Assembly (NCBI GenBank): GCA_002811645.1
Contig: PDIP01000032.1
Span: 215,213 to 279,212 of the forward strand
Source: Corallochytrium limacisporum Hawaii
Taxonomy: Eukaryota; Protista; Pluriformea
Direction: 5' to 3'
DNA: 64,000 bases
Shown: piece after piece, positions 42,301-52,700 of the stretch
Numbering within the stretch: the first letter of the stretch is position 1
How the letters are laid out: every line of letters starts with the position of its first letter
Program-made: the position numbers and the translations under genes
The notes under the pieces: generated by a model
What the model saw: only the letters and a program-made list of their open reading frames with translations
What the model was told of the DNA's origin: nothing
Databases searched by the model: none

Positions 42301-44615
42301 AAAATTGGAGCCTGCAAGACTCGGTACCTCCGCTCTTCGAAGAAGGAACCCATGGCATAGTCTGCCTCTTCTGATCCATACAAGGTCTCATAGAGGCAGA
42401 AATCATCACTAACTAGGTTGCTGTCCAGCAGATTGGGAATTTTTGCGTCCTCATAGCTATCCTGACGCTGATTTGTACTTCGAACAATGTTGATCATTGC
42501 TGAAAGGTCTCCTGTTACTGCCGATTCCGCGCTACTCTTCGCAAGGTTCATTAATCGCTGCGATGCAGATTTCTGACCGCCAACCACAGTTGATGTCAGT
42601 GTAACGTCACCGATGTCTACGGTCTCTGACTGATTTTGGTCGCGTGGTTCTCCACCTCGGTCCGAGCTGTACGAGCGTCGGCGCCAAGAAGCGAATGCCC
42701 ATGACCGCCTCATTCTTGAGGGATAATTCCGTTTTGTGTCATACTGTTTCCGATCATTCCCGTCATCAAAATGCCTTGGGGACCGTGGGGTGACTGTGGT
42801 GCTGTCGACACCGCCGCCAGCACCAACGGGAAGATTGACCACAATAGTTTCATCTTCCACACCTGCTTCTGTGACCGGCGTGAATGATGCAAGCTTCCGT
42901 GCTGCCGATACACGATTCTGGACTGCGTGCCGAGGCGTTTGAAGGACCATCGGGGTAGGGTCAGTGAAGCGCAATTCGTTTGTCTGAGCTGGATCCCGTC
43001 GTGGTGTCTCATCGGGACTCACCGTTTCAACATCCTTGCCTTCATTGGCTTTCCATCCATTTGGCACATCATTGACACCACCTTTCTTTGACTTTTTTGC
43101 ATTCTTCTTCGCTTGCTTTGCTGCTTTCTTATCGGACACAGCTGGCTTCTCCTTGACAACTGCAGAGTTGTCATTGTTTGAATAGCTGGGTTCATCTGGC
43201 GCAAAGCGGTCCGGATCCCGAATCAGTGCCTCAGTTCTGACTTGATCATGGCAGTTTCGTCTATATGTTTGGATCAACACTTCCAGCAGATCGCTTTCCG
43301 AAAGAATGGTAGCAAATTGTGCATCAAACAGAGCAATCTGACTGATCAACAAAAGCAATGGACCACAGGGTATTGCAGAATGCAGTTCTCCTCGGACTGC
43401 TGCGATGGAAAGGTCTGCGAGACGATCCCTAATCGAAGTCTTGCTGCGCACCAAGAATTTGAACATGTCCTCCACCACACGCATCGAGCAGGGATCCTGC
43501 ATTACATGGCTACTGCGAATACCGTTAAACAAAACCTTGTAAAACTCCATGCCAATCTTTTCATCATCAAGGATACTCAGATCTTGGGCAACACAAACAC
43601 TCCTGTAGATTATGGACAGTGCAAACAGGTGATCTGCAATTGTTGGTGTAGCCCCAAGAACACGCAAGTACTTGACAATCCAGCCATCATGCAATTCCTT
43701 GATTTCTTCTGAGTCTTTTGCCATCCTAATGGATGCAATGTCGTACCCGAAAAGACTGAAGAACACGTCGTCTTCCACAGTCTCTGGATTGACTTCCATG
43801 AACTTCATAATGGCTTCCTCGAACGATTTAACGGTATGAACCATCATAGTCTTGTTTTCTTCACTGGTTTCGTGCGCTGACATTGTTGTGAGGCCTGTGG
43901 CGTCATTGGGGTCGTTGAGCTGTGCAGCCCTATCCGCTGTCTCTACTGCGGTCCCTCCGTCATAATTCATGGTGATGAACAATGCAGACTGGAAGTTGAA
44001 GGCCGCAATAACTGTTCGTACTACCGGGCGGCCATCATCTGTGACTCCCACGTCATCCGATAAACGATGCAAAAAGACGTCGGACCCATTTAACCGAACC
44101 AAGTATGGTCTTCGACATAACTCTTCATGAAACTGATCCTTCGTAAGTGGTCGCTCAATTAAGTTGACATTCATGGCAATAGAATCCAGCCATTTCTTCA
44201 ATTGGCTAAGGCCTACTGTGGCAGTCCGGTACAATTCTTGATAAAATTCTTCTTCTATACTTAGTATGAGAGTGTCCTCAACTTCAAGACTCTTTGCATA
44301 ATGCTCCGCGTTCGGAGGGATTATCACTTGCGAAATCTCGGGCAGTGGGATCTGACATACCGTGTGCCGATAAGCAATTACACAGTAAATAGGGACTTTC
44401 TTTCCTGGTACACAAACTGTCTTGTCGCATCTCAAGAATGCCCGTGTGGGTGCTGTACTCGATGAAATCCATCGGTTTGCCTCGCTTTTGGTGCACACAT
44501 TGATGGATACTGCGTCACAACTTGACGCCGGCAGACGAACGGTACCATCCCATGTGATCGGCAAAACTTTGGCCTCTTTCAAAAAGGGCCCTGTGACTCC
44601 AACAAAAGATGACAT
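36375..44615 (-). CDS. Giant Ser/Thr protein kinase with a C-terminal DSP-like pseudophosphatase and Cys-rich tail (~2746 aa)
   Basis: Kinase: ATGAYGTV, VANK, HYDIKCDN, DFGE, GTDFIKSPE, DVWS. DSP-like: ITSGLFI, GITHVL, GGKVVIF...LCLAYLV. Cys clusters CLCGNC, CRC and CRTC. First ATG is at 44615. Confidence 0.88.
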   Translation of the reverse strand: MSSFVGVTGPFLKEAKVLPITWDGTVRLPASSCDAVSINVCTKSEANRWISSSTAPTRAFLRCDKTVCVPGKKVPIYCVIAYRHTVCQIPLPEISQVIIPPNAEHYAKSLEVEDTLILSIEEEFYQELYRTATVGLSQLKKWLDSIAMNVNLIERPLTKDQFHEELCRRPYLVRLNGSDVFLHRLSDDVGVTDDGRPVVRTVIAAFNFQSALFITMNYDGGTAVETADRAAQLNDPNDATGLTTMSAHETSEENKTMMVHTVKSFEEAIMKFMEVNPETVEDDVFFSLFGYDIASIRMAKDSEEIKELHDGWIVKYLRVLGATPTIADHLFALSIIYRSVCVAQDLSILDDEKIGMEFYKVLFNGIRSSHVMQDPCSMRVVEDMFKFLVRSKTSIRDRLADLSIAAVRGELHSAIPCGPLLLLISQIALFDAQFATILSESDLLEVLIQTYRRNCHDQVRTEALIRDPDRFAPDEPSYSNNDNSAVVKEKPAVSDKKAAKQAKKNAKKSKKGGVNDVPNGWKANEGKDVETVSPDETPRRDPAQTNELRFTDPTPMVLQTPRHAVQNRVSAARKLASFTPVTEAGVEDETIVVNLPVGAGGGVDSTTVTPRSPRHFDDGNDRKQYDTKRNYPSRMRRSWAFASWRRRSYSSDRGGEPRDQNQSETVDIGDVTLTSTVVGGQKSASQRLMNLAKSSAESAVTGDLSAMINIVRSTNQRQDSYEDAKIPNLLDSNLVSDDFCLYETLYGSEEADYAMGSFFEERRYRVLQAPILRMIGALLYVRNNEQLLLHSRAIGNLAFSELKHLLIEDSFAHQQAYWTKPMKREFYRILRTLAVPLENSQIDLAQHSSSSAFAIEKQKQKADAFLWRLVHSLQFLAKFYDENAFDVKMETYIVSNLVCAVQMLTEYISACSSAFVTDMVIQSTLLSVVKIRDKVLISTPGRMILDASMEIVYRYRTLKHIHLYDAILRYFTALMRYSKKPELDVHLTKICLDAADSFEVFESYTNVLFKSSLMAIFCSKEVLKGMRLALLDFLCCMASVVTYGKADAVTYQAPYCWSGLGRFSSGYDPESAFNEKNMARQPVVPSQDMLSILQRLQFLLNPSKGLFLELLERSAVSHEQSRRPTTAGADRSRSGLGDGPPLSLDLQLSILNFMAAVARIPNSPFMETSNYVDAYITFHYVNFVKLYHSDSWTEDCYRLCVAHLRVLISFATCICRCKKCLNRDGVTGANAMANEAKAKVSLKPSKLEDLIAEQTPKTTDNCRRSWIESKFFQLGIVRFLTDELNLETITALEDDGPEDDLMSLAPEGTAFAMHPQFDDIKEGTEFVFAQETPEFETSVPDLDRRPSDLSPKLDRASESGLLTVSGEESLPEIDDGGEGRSGGFVPPLSGLPLRGVSPRSSINDDRAINSTIFEVGTQSPRSMGGSPRRSLSPARSRSPRYLSRSPRNQVHRQSPKTVGSGLPNLPPLRQGSMDTQMESSKLPPLAFNRLQSMPMKAPPLRLGGLADKERDRSVTRGAPLVRSYTVDADDRGQADFGLGTPFRNGARSHRNSCSIEDSGIDEKPTGFSFNSEFTRAAPMALPRSGIYASSSSDEDEDEADITMASLQQDHPDLFVGVGEDPVRRNSAISVGENNVFSRTFTVNSEGGELRGVRDVASTSFNTGSFSPTRSLKLKTNTFQHTMSDADYLTESQPVTGFRNSLSGTGGNIPPLRLSRADSAVSEVKAGEETSPGKRRSFHDPRRGRGLASLVTDSSRNANRMSASILSNDSQDFDAPFLASNSFRRTSNLRMSGGRPMRISMVRSVSSFVESQYFDDSRYSFDASAMLGTSGLGEGLDGSVQQPTELGYLERRIDVNNPKFQLVLDKPAKRPFQSAAMLHFGMCHGDMDDPITYYVKDPRTLYLTERENRKLYSNEELQISMVVLTLALLVRQDETLDPNYSDTYPLEKQKPNAPFILYKHLNHPKNAELSHRIYQRVKQNLNPGHNRYVRLLLENCFCPDMLVESIQLATGAYGTVFLSRMARISDDAWASSDFVANKRLEIPKHIQDRCVFADAYNEINILESLAYNPRVTHLYDFGLANGHIMIVMNFMKKSLRAWREQQQRPFREMMLSYFLIYEAVLDAVGFLSFSRVNHYDIKCDNVLLYEIPEDISEINAAGSVGESTLISIALADFGEAVKYGLDAEGYTMDNRGTDFIKSPEMLNIATVAKQDKDGDSTNGPQGADKASDVWSVVCLFYELLVGQFLFLDHDWIRFFLRVTSEGEELITRERGLRIMHLCKQGPEAPEGLKISENASRYILRFLKKNLIRDPKKRPDIMMVIEDFRRLFTYVFPQFERPIRRRDIIVADDKWLRGENRDIQARFTRTHDEFNLKTGQLKNVFSSAPETLPKCEVFNSVNQQWGVTVTDCVKSDAPIHPEHIDDITSGLFITRYFYFIDNDSDMIEWQQEMKSFGITHVLDLYGDSRIDLSRQFHVFDIGDFADGDEEDDNDVLLGRTPASTLLFGGGFVKPASPLPKDFIEIGMTYLTGAINQGGKVVIFDTEEGPGISLCLAYLVRRYSWNIYTAMLHIQRCTSLITDSTKAMADAQTWALEEQNFRQENLRKNIYQCLCGNCVMYVDAEVKINVFACRCPYYRRNSMGERVLHVCAYGNCLNFLNVMSNMYGYDTDQVEWLEVDDDELEIRDDTFQEILPPTNNGWIMHRCRTCLFLTYGTDREGRNLVITNINAKCGTPHNLLKTRKVSPALANAG

Positions 44616-46734
44616 GGCTGTCGGATCTAACCGATACACCCGCTCATGTTTCCTTGTTCATATTTACTTCTGATCAGACTCCAGTCTGTTCAATCCGCCT
44701 CTCCGGTTCTTTTGCCGCTCATTTGTCAAGGCCGGATAGTAGTTTACTGAATCATATTTATTTCAAGATGTAACCATTGAGTCATTTTTAATAGCAGCAA
44801 AAGGGTTCAGATGATAAGCAGGTACGTCCAAATCAAACTACAGTTTTCACCAATGGAGTCCTTGCTGCTTCCTATTGGGCGGGGTGGTTCTGCGCGCCCG
44901 TACATCCCCCGCCCGTCGGTCTCAACGTAGTCCGGACGCGCGTTCATCCCCTTCCTTCGCTGCTGGGGCCGTGCTCTTACGCTGCAATACGCTATTGCAA
45001 CGGTTCCAGTCCAGCGAGGCAGCAACAGTCCCGGGCGCTGCTTCGGTTAGGCGCTCAGTTCGCTATAGTCCCAAAGACTGGCTTAATTCACAGAAGAAGA
45101 GAAAAGAAGGGAGGGAGGGGGGAAGGCCAGGGGAGGTTCCGGAAACATCTTAAATACTTCATCGAATCAATCAATTTTAGATTCAACACACAAACGGCTT
45201 CGCCCAGGAGAGAAAGCGGTCCTTTGTCTTTTCAGTCGAGGTGCGCCTGTTCAAACCTCCAATTTTCGAGCAAAGCGCTCGCAAACGTGCAGCGCCTCAG
45301 GACTGAATCCACAACGGTGCTCCTCAACCCTCCTTCCCCCCCACCCCCCCAACCACGAGAGGGACTGGGGGCGGAAACTCAAGAGCTTAAAGGCCCCACC
45401 CGAGTTCGGATACCTCCCTGACACCCTGTTCATGACTGTGGTTTCGTATCCCATACAAAGTCATAGGAAGTATTGTCAAGACAAGTTTCTCTGGATCATA
45501 ACTTTGCAGCTATCGGGCCTTTGGCTCAACTGTCCTGCATTTCACTCCGCACCGTGCATCATGGGCGCGCGCAGGCGCAAGGTGCTGCCTAAATTGCCCC
45601 ACAGTGCTGATAATGCATTAAGTATACGAACGATAAGTTTGCGAGGGACGGGGGCTGGGAAAATAGAAGCAACTCGGGGAGGATGAGACGGACAGCTCGG
45701 AAATCATGGCAGTGGGCCAGCGGAGGGAAATGGAGCAAGGCGGGGAGGGAGGTATTTTCAGTATGTTAATCAAATGACGAATCGCTCCTCATCCGCACTG
45801 TGCTCTTCCAGCTTTTTATCCACCGTGGATGGAGTCACGCCCAAGTGAACAACTGATCACCAGCCGACGACTCATGCCACCAATTTATGTCGCAGAGTAC
45901 CCCGCAGCTCCCAATTTTGTAGTATATTTTATATACCAGATCGACTCTCCTTGCACGCAGGACGAGTGAATTGGAGAGCCCTCCACTCCCGGTGAGTTCT
46001 GCCGGATTTCCGAGGAAAATTTTTTTCTTCTTGCGTCTGCCGCTACCGCGGTCGTTTGGACCCCCACTGTGGTCCTCTTGCAAGGGGGAGGGGGGAAGTG
46101 GAGAGGAGGGTCCGAAGAGGGAGACCCGTCTTGGTCATTGTGGGTGGTCCCCTTCAAACCGGGGGAGGGAGAGAGCAGGCGGGCGACGGCAAGGGAGGGG
46201 AAGGACAAAGGGGAGAGAGGTGGGGCCCGATCGAAGAAACGAGCGAGTGGAAAGGAACGTACGGCGAAAAGATACAGAAGACTTTCGAGATGGGCGGGAA
46301 GGACCAGATCTGTGTGCCGTGGAGGCGGGTGTGTTGGGATCAACGGGATAGGTCTTCGTTGGCTTGGACAAGCCCCAGACTTGACTCCCAGAACCACCTT
46401 GGCCTAGGGTGCAGGCGAATAATAGTTACAGGGTTCAGACTTCAGCTGGAGCAAACGGTATTACGTAATACCTCTTCAATTCTTGTTCCGCTGAGAAGTC
46501 GTATGGCTGTGACTATGTTCCGCAGGGCGGTCATTCGCACTTCGGATTGGGTATTTGGGGACACTTACGAGTGTATTACGTGAATTATGCTCATGAAAAC
46601 CAACAAAACAACGGGATTAGGAAACCGGTGAAATGGAAGAAATGAACAGGAGTGTGTCTTGAACAAAACACTAATTTCAATTGAGCAACATGATCGAGAA
46701 CGGATAAACGCGGTCAGCTCCCACGGACACCAAG

Positions 46735-48204
46735 ATGTCTGCAAAAGTTCCAAAAGGGGCGTCGGCCTCTTCAGCAGAGGAACGTCGGCACCCGTCTACA
46801 GAAAACGTGGTCTTCAGTATAGCAGACCGAATAGCACAGTTGAAGACCCTTATTTATGACGAGAATCCTTTACAGGAAGCACAAGCAAAGACACAAAGGG
46901 AGAGTGTAACAGATTTATACCAACGAACAGAAACTAAGGAAGAGCAGGACTATGTGAATGCCATTCGAGAACTGATTGAGACAGAGCGGTCATATGTGAA
47001 CTCATTAACAACTGTGGTTCTGGTATTCCTTGAACCGTTAGTAGACGCACTTCAAAATCCGCCAATGATATTGACAGAGGCAGCTATTCATGAAATCTTC
47101 GGAGACATTGTGATAATTCGGAATCACGCTCGCGTGCTTTTGGATGCATTAGATCGGGCATGGGAGATGCAGGGATGTCAATTGAACATTGGAGAAATAC
47201 TTCTACAGCATTTACCAATGTTTCGGGTTTATGCACCATACACAAACAAATTCAACTATGCCATGCGTTTGTTGGATGCATTTGAAGAAATCCCTAAGTG
47301 GTCCGCGTTTAAACGGCGCATGGAGAGCTCTCCTGGGCTGGGCGGCCAGCCGTTGTCTAGTCTTATGATCCTACCGGTGCAACGCATTCCTAGGTATCGG
47401 TTGCTTGTGCAAGAAATCCTTAACCACGCGCCACAGAAAGGACCGGAACGGGAGAATCTAGTAGAGGCTCTCTCGGTGTGTGAGCAACTGAACGATTACT
47501 TGAATGCAAAATGTAAGGAAGCTGAGGGACGATACAAGGTGCGGCAAATTGAGGAAGCTATCAATGACTTGAGTCGATTGCCAAAGAGGACTCTTTACTC
47601 CCCCGCACGCTGGTTTGTCACCGAAGGATATGCAATTGAAGTGACAGAAACGGGACGGAGACATCGGCTACTGTACATCTTCAATGATTCTATCCTAATT
47701 GCCAAAGAGCGTTGGAACGAGGAGGCTAGGGTTTATGACTTGTATGTCAAACACTTTGCAAGGTTCACAGACGTACAGATTGTCGAACTGGAAACACCGG
47801 AAACCATTGTCAGTCTACCCTTCACCAACAGCGCAGAAAATGTTGATCAGCCTGTATCAGCCGCGGAACCAGATTCCGACGACGCCGAAGAAGAGACTCC
47901 AGGGCCCATGGCCGAGCATGGCTGGGGCAATGCACAGAGCGTGAAGACTCCTTTTGCCTTTGACCTGCTCGTACGGAGAGAAGGCGGGATCTTGGACCGG
48001 CTCTTCGGCCGGGAACCACCCGTCCAGCGCATCCGCCTGGCATGGGCTAGCTGTGAAGAGATGCAAGAGTGGCACCGCAGCATTATGTCTGTTATCCAGA
48101 ATCGTGACAATAGGTTTTCCCGATTCGATATCAACACACTGGGGACCTGCAACAAGGTAAAAAAGAAGTCACACTTGAGCTGCTGGCGGCCAAAGACGTA
48201 CTAA
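46735..48204 (+). CDS. DH-PH Rho guanine-nucleotide exchange factor
   Basis: IRELIETERSYV, LMILPVQRIPRYRLLV and LYIFNDSILIAK...EMQEW. Confidence 0.93.
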   Translation: MSAKVPKGASASSAEERRHPSTENVVFSIADRIAQLKTLIYDENPLQEAQAKTQRESVTDLYQRTETKEEQDYVNAIRELIETERSYVNSLTTVVLVFLEPLVDALQNPPMILTEAAIHEIFGDIVIIRNHARVLLDALDRAWEMQGCQLNIGEILLQHLPMFRVYAPYTNKFNYAMRLLDAFEEIPKWSAFKRRMESSPGLGGQPLSSLMILPVQRIPRYRLLVQEILNHAPQKGPERENLVEALSVCEQLNDYLNAKCKEAEGRYKVRQIEEAINDLSRLPKRTLYSPARWFVTEGYAIEVTETGRRHRLLYIFNDSILIAKERWNEEARVYDLYVKHFARFTDVQIVELETPETIVSLPFTNSAENVDQPVSAAEPDSDDAEEETPGPMAEHGWGNAQSVKTPFAFDLLVRREGGILDRLFGREPPVQRIRLAWASCEEMQEWHRSIMSVIQNRDNRFSRFDINTLGTCNKVKKKSHLSCWRPKTY

Positions 48205-48457
48205 ATGTGCTTTCTTTACGAGGCAGAACTTCGCTAGCGAAATCTAATTGAGAATGTACCATTGTAATTGTTAAAGAACGTAGACAAAACCAACCATCCA
48301 AAACATAGGGTAATTTGAATTTAGTATGAAATGTAGATGACTTTAATATGTGATATGGAAGATGTTTTTAACAAAGAGGCCTTTTCATTTGCAATCTTGT
48401 GGGTTGAAGGTGGCGATATATAGCGTTAGTAGTTGATATGAGTGCATGACTCGGCCA

Positions 48458-49693
48458 TTATGACGACCGCCCACACTCCATCTGCCGGGCCAGCTCATCA
48501 ACAGTGTAAGGTCCAGCCTCCTTGTCCATAACACAGGCATCCATCTGGTCATTGTTCACCATGCTGGCGATGCTCATATCACCAGCTACGTGGAATCCAT
48601 CATCGAGCTCAACATAGTCTGCGCCCATAATCACACGGCTCTTGAAGCCGGCAGTGTTGTACTTGGGGCTGATTGTGTTCGCTGGGGATCCAACAATACT
48701 GTTATCAGTGAAGCTATTCAAAGCAAGGTTCATGGGAGAGATAAAGAAAACGAAACTCAACAGCAGAATCATGAGACCGGTACTGGCAGTCTTGCTGTTG
48801 AATTCCAGAGGGGGGAGTCGAGACTCCATGCTCTTGAGCACTTCAAAGAGGCGGTGGTTCCACTCCTCCAGTTTGGAAAGCCGCTGGTTCAACTTGTCCT
48901 TCTTCATTTGTTCACGTTTCAGCTTGTCTTCAAGGATCTTCATACGCTGTTTCTTCGTCTCGCGGCTGAGCTTAGCGCTCAACTTGTTGCGCAACTTCCG
49001 GCGCACTGCCTTCAGCTTGCGAGTCTCGTCTTTGCTGAATTCCTTACCAGCCACCGGCCATTTAAGACCCACTTCCTTCAGGCGCTTCTTAGCTTCAACT
49101 TTGTCTTCGGGGCTAAGCATATCAAAGAATTCAACCAGATCCCCGTGGTGCAAGTTAATTGCGTCCGGTGCAGTGTAGTCACCCTCGTCACTGTGTTCGT
49201 CCATCCTATCATCGTCATCAGAGTCCATAATAACAGGGTTGGCACCGATTTCCTTTCGATAGGTCTGCATAAGCTCTTGAGCAAGGGTACCAGGCTCAGA
49301 GAAATCAGAGTTCATGGGCACAGTATTCAGGCGAGTTGCGCTGGAATAAGATGCCTCAGTAAGCTCTGAGCTGGTGCTCTTTGCGCCCGGAGAACCATAG
49401 GGGTTCATAGACTCCCGAGGGCTAATGTATTCATTCCGAGGATTTTCGGCGGCAATAGGTTCCAGAGATTTGATCAATTCCTCCAATGCATCAAACTGTT
49501 GAGCTGGTTCCCGATGAGGCTGATGATGAGGCCGAGGATGTGCATGAGGCTGAGGATGTGCATGAGGCTGAGGATGTGCCCGAGGGTGGACCTGAGGCTG
49601 AGGCTGAGGGGAAGTTGCACTGCGCAAGAGACGATCAATCTCGTCCTCCTCCTTGTTCATGCCCAAGAATGACATAAAATCGTTTCCCGACAT
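48458..49693 (-). CDS. ER-membrane-tethered bZIP transcription factor, CREB3/OASIS family
   Basis: ATB-like LSPEDKVEAKKRLKEVGLKWP; basic region LKAVRRKLRNKLSAKLSR; leucine zipper; TM STGLMILLLSFVFFISP; lumenal SRVI (S1P-like site). First ATG is at 49693. Confidence 0.85.
   Translation of the reverse strand: MSGNDFMSFLGMNKEEDEIDRLLRSATSPQPQPQVHPRAHPQPHAHPQPHAHPRPHHQPHREPAQQFDALEELIKSLEPIAAENPRNEYISPRESMNPYGSPGAKSTSSELTEASYSSATRLNTVPMNSDFSEPGTLAQELMQTYRKEIGANPVIMDSDDDDRMDEHSDEGDYTAPDAINLHHGDLVEFFDMLSPEDKVEAKKRLKEVGLKWPVAGKEFSKDETRKLKAVRRKLRNKLSAKLSRETKKQRMKILEDKLKREQMKKDKLNQRLSKLEEWNHRLFEVLKSMESRLPPLEFNSKTASTGLMILLLSFVFFISPMNLALNSFTDNSIVGSPANTISPKYNTAGFKSRVIMGADYVELDDGFHVAGDMSIASMVNNDQMDACVMDKEAGPYTVDELARQMECGRSS
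49514..49608 (-). repeat. Coding tandem repeat (18-nt/6-nt units) encoding HPQPHA in the bZIP N-terminus
   Basis: gaggatgtgcatgaggc and tgaggc units. Confidence 0.8.
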
Positions 49694-49764
49694 TGTGACT
49701 GATACTTCTTCGTCTTGATTCCTTAAAACATAAAACCAAAGCAAACCGAAGCTATGTGGTTTAT

Positions 49765-49777
49765 TACGTGGCACTTT
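49765..49777 (-). promoter_or_regulatory. CREB3/CrebA-type box TGCCACGT (identical 13-mer on the + strand at 51877-51889)
   Basis: aaagtgccacgta on the - strand, ~70 nt upstream of the bZIP ATG. Confidence 0.4.
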
Positions 49778-52700
49778 CTTAGTACCTATCCCCTCCTATG
49801 CTTAGTACCCTTTCGAAAAATATTTCATTGATTGGCCTAGTTCCCATGATCACATAGTCGAAAAAAAACCATGGGAGAAAATAGTTCTCAACTGTCAGCC
49901 ACAACGAGGATAGCGCAACACGTCCCTGAAACGCCAAAAACAGTGGCAATGTAGAAAGTTTCGGTACCGCTCTGCGCGGACTCCCTGGAAGCGCCCTGAG
50001 CACCCAAGTGATGGCTTGTGAGTGAGTTCTGAACCGCACACACTCTCCATACACAGCCATACTGAGTCTCCACGCCCGCCTCCCCCCAGTTCACGTCGGC
50101 CAAGAGTGCACGGTGGTCAGCCCCCAGGAGGGCTCATCAGTACTGAAAGTACCGAACCCAAAGTGTCTACGCGTAAATTCGCCGGCCGCGGGGGGGGAGG
50201 GACAGAGTCGTAATCTACAAAGAGGTCGGCACATATAATATTGACGAATCTCTCAGAGGAGGAACCATTAAGGTACTCTTACGTGAGCTGGACAAAGTTG
50301 AGTCCATGCACTCCATTGATTCAGTGCTGGATATGGCAGCCGGACACAATCTCAACGGCCAGTGTGCATGTCAGCAGGAGAAACATGTCTGTGGGGCCCT
50401 CTAAAAGACAGACAAGGGGAAAACGGGCGGACAAACAAAAAAAATTCCCTCTTCTTTTAGTATGAGACGGGTCTTTTCTTGGGGCTGCGCTTGTGACGGG
50501 GGAAAAGGAGGGGGAAGATGCCGTTTTCTCCTACTTTCACGTGCATTCCCGAAGCGTCTGTGACGGGTGCTCACTGAAGAGAATGATTTAAGTTCTGGTA
50601 GCTTCAAAGGTAAAATATATTCAATTTTCACTTGTAAAATTTTACAAACAAGTATTTCTCTCTGTGAAGGTGTAAACTGCGGGACTGAGCCGTCCGCCCG
50701 CCAGATAAGCCGCGGAAATTGCTGAGACTTTGCTTTATTTGTACATAGGAACTGTATCCCAAAGATTTGGGATAAGGTACTCCCTGTGAACGGCCATAGG
50801 TTTTTCTACTACTCGCGTTTGACCACGCCTATGTGGCGGATACGGACCATACTTTAAGTACGCCTGACAGTTTGCGGGCCGCGACGGGTCGGTCAACGTG
50901 TCGATTGACTTACCCAGAGTGCTCGACCAGACCTGAGATGAAGTAAACGTGCCACTTGAAATTTTCGCTTGAGAAGTACTGCGGGTTTGAGAATGTTCTG
51001 AATTGGAAGAAAAGTGTTGTCCGTCTGAATGAAAATTTTTTCCGCTCGAAAAAGCAAGGATTCGTAACGACATATTTTCTGCCAATTTGCTTCGGCTTCA
51101 ACGGCCACACTCAAGTATACATTGGCCGCCACCACAGCAGGCAATGTGTACCACCCACTGAGTACGATGTCGGTTGAACAGGACGTGCATCATGAACCGG
51201 GACGTTGCCAGACTCGTGCTACCCAATGGCCCTGAATCTACCAAACTCACACAGTAACTGCTGAGTTATTCCAAAGTAGCTTGCACGCAACCTGGCGGTG
51301 GCTCAGGTGATAAATTTGCAATTGGGTACGCAATTTGGAAGTTCCCATTGGCTTCTATCTGGGAGCATTGGATACATCAAGTTATTGATGCCAGTCCCCT
51401 CCATCATATCTATCTGAGCCGTCCGTACTTCTGCGCTTACAGAATACGGGCTCTAAAAGAGGTCAGCAGACAGATCTGCTGTCACTTGTTTTGGGGCGGT
51501 GGGAGATCGTCGGGCACTCTGTTGACATAGAAAATGAGTTGGAAGTTTTTGACCCAGTCCGTAAACTATACCAGGAAGGGGAAACCGCATTGTTCTTGCG
51601 GATCAATCTCACCGGCCCATGCGACTCCCAAATCTTGGCCCGTAATGAATGTACCAATTCTCACACCCGTCGAGTTCTTCGCAAATTCTGCGGTCAGTTG
51701 ATAAGGACAGGGGACGAGTTTGTACTGGTCATCACTATCTGTACAGGGAGTTTCTCAGTACTAAATATACTGAATTGATGAAGACTGGCTCGACATATTG
51801 AACTCTTAAGGCACTAAGAGAGACCGGGCCCTGAGATGGCTTACGCGAGAAAGCGAAAAAAACTGCAGTTGCTGGCAAAGTGCCACGTAGTACTTCCGCG
51901 TCGACGGTCTCACATGATGGATTAGAATACCAAATTTAAATCCAAAATAATCAACTATTTTAGTATTGGTTTATATTGACTGAGTTTGAAAGCAGATTCT
52001 TGAATAGAATACAAGCCATACTTGGTTGTGATTGTTTTGATTGTCTTGAATTCCGTACTATGCGCTCTCCGAATATAACCAATCAGCAATGGTTCTGCCC
52101 AGGGGACACAACATCAAGTTAGAAAGAAAGAGAACCCGGAGATAAGGAGGGTTCGCACTGGTGGCAGCACCTGCGCTTGCGGAGCGGCGCGGAGGGACCT
52201 GGTTTCAGTTTGCAGTACCACTGGTACCTAATTAACTACTAGGAAAGCAACCTTCCTCATATTTTAGCAAATCGTCCACCAAGGATACCAACACAGTTGT
52301 TGGGGAACGACAGGTGGGTGTTGGACAGTCCGAGCACCGTGGCAGCAGCACACAGTGCAGAGACAGTCCACGGGTGGCGCAGTCCCTCATTGCTAACCAA
52401 ACACCATCCCACGGAAATCGCTTTAGTGCGGATGACAGTTTGCCACCGCGTCCTGACGCACAAGCAGGGTTTACATTACGCCGGACCGTAAGGTTCGGCA
52501 TGGTCGGTTACGATGCGCAAACGCTTGGGAAAATTCAAATATGGTATGCAGCAGCCACTGCAAGAACTGATTTGGCCATTCTGGAGAACGTTGGGACCAC
52601 GATCCGGTGTCCTCATTCTAGAAACACGCTCCGTGAACAGTTTCCATGATGTCAAAGGATGCGATTGGTTTTCATTGCAGTTACAACAGCAAGTTAAACA

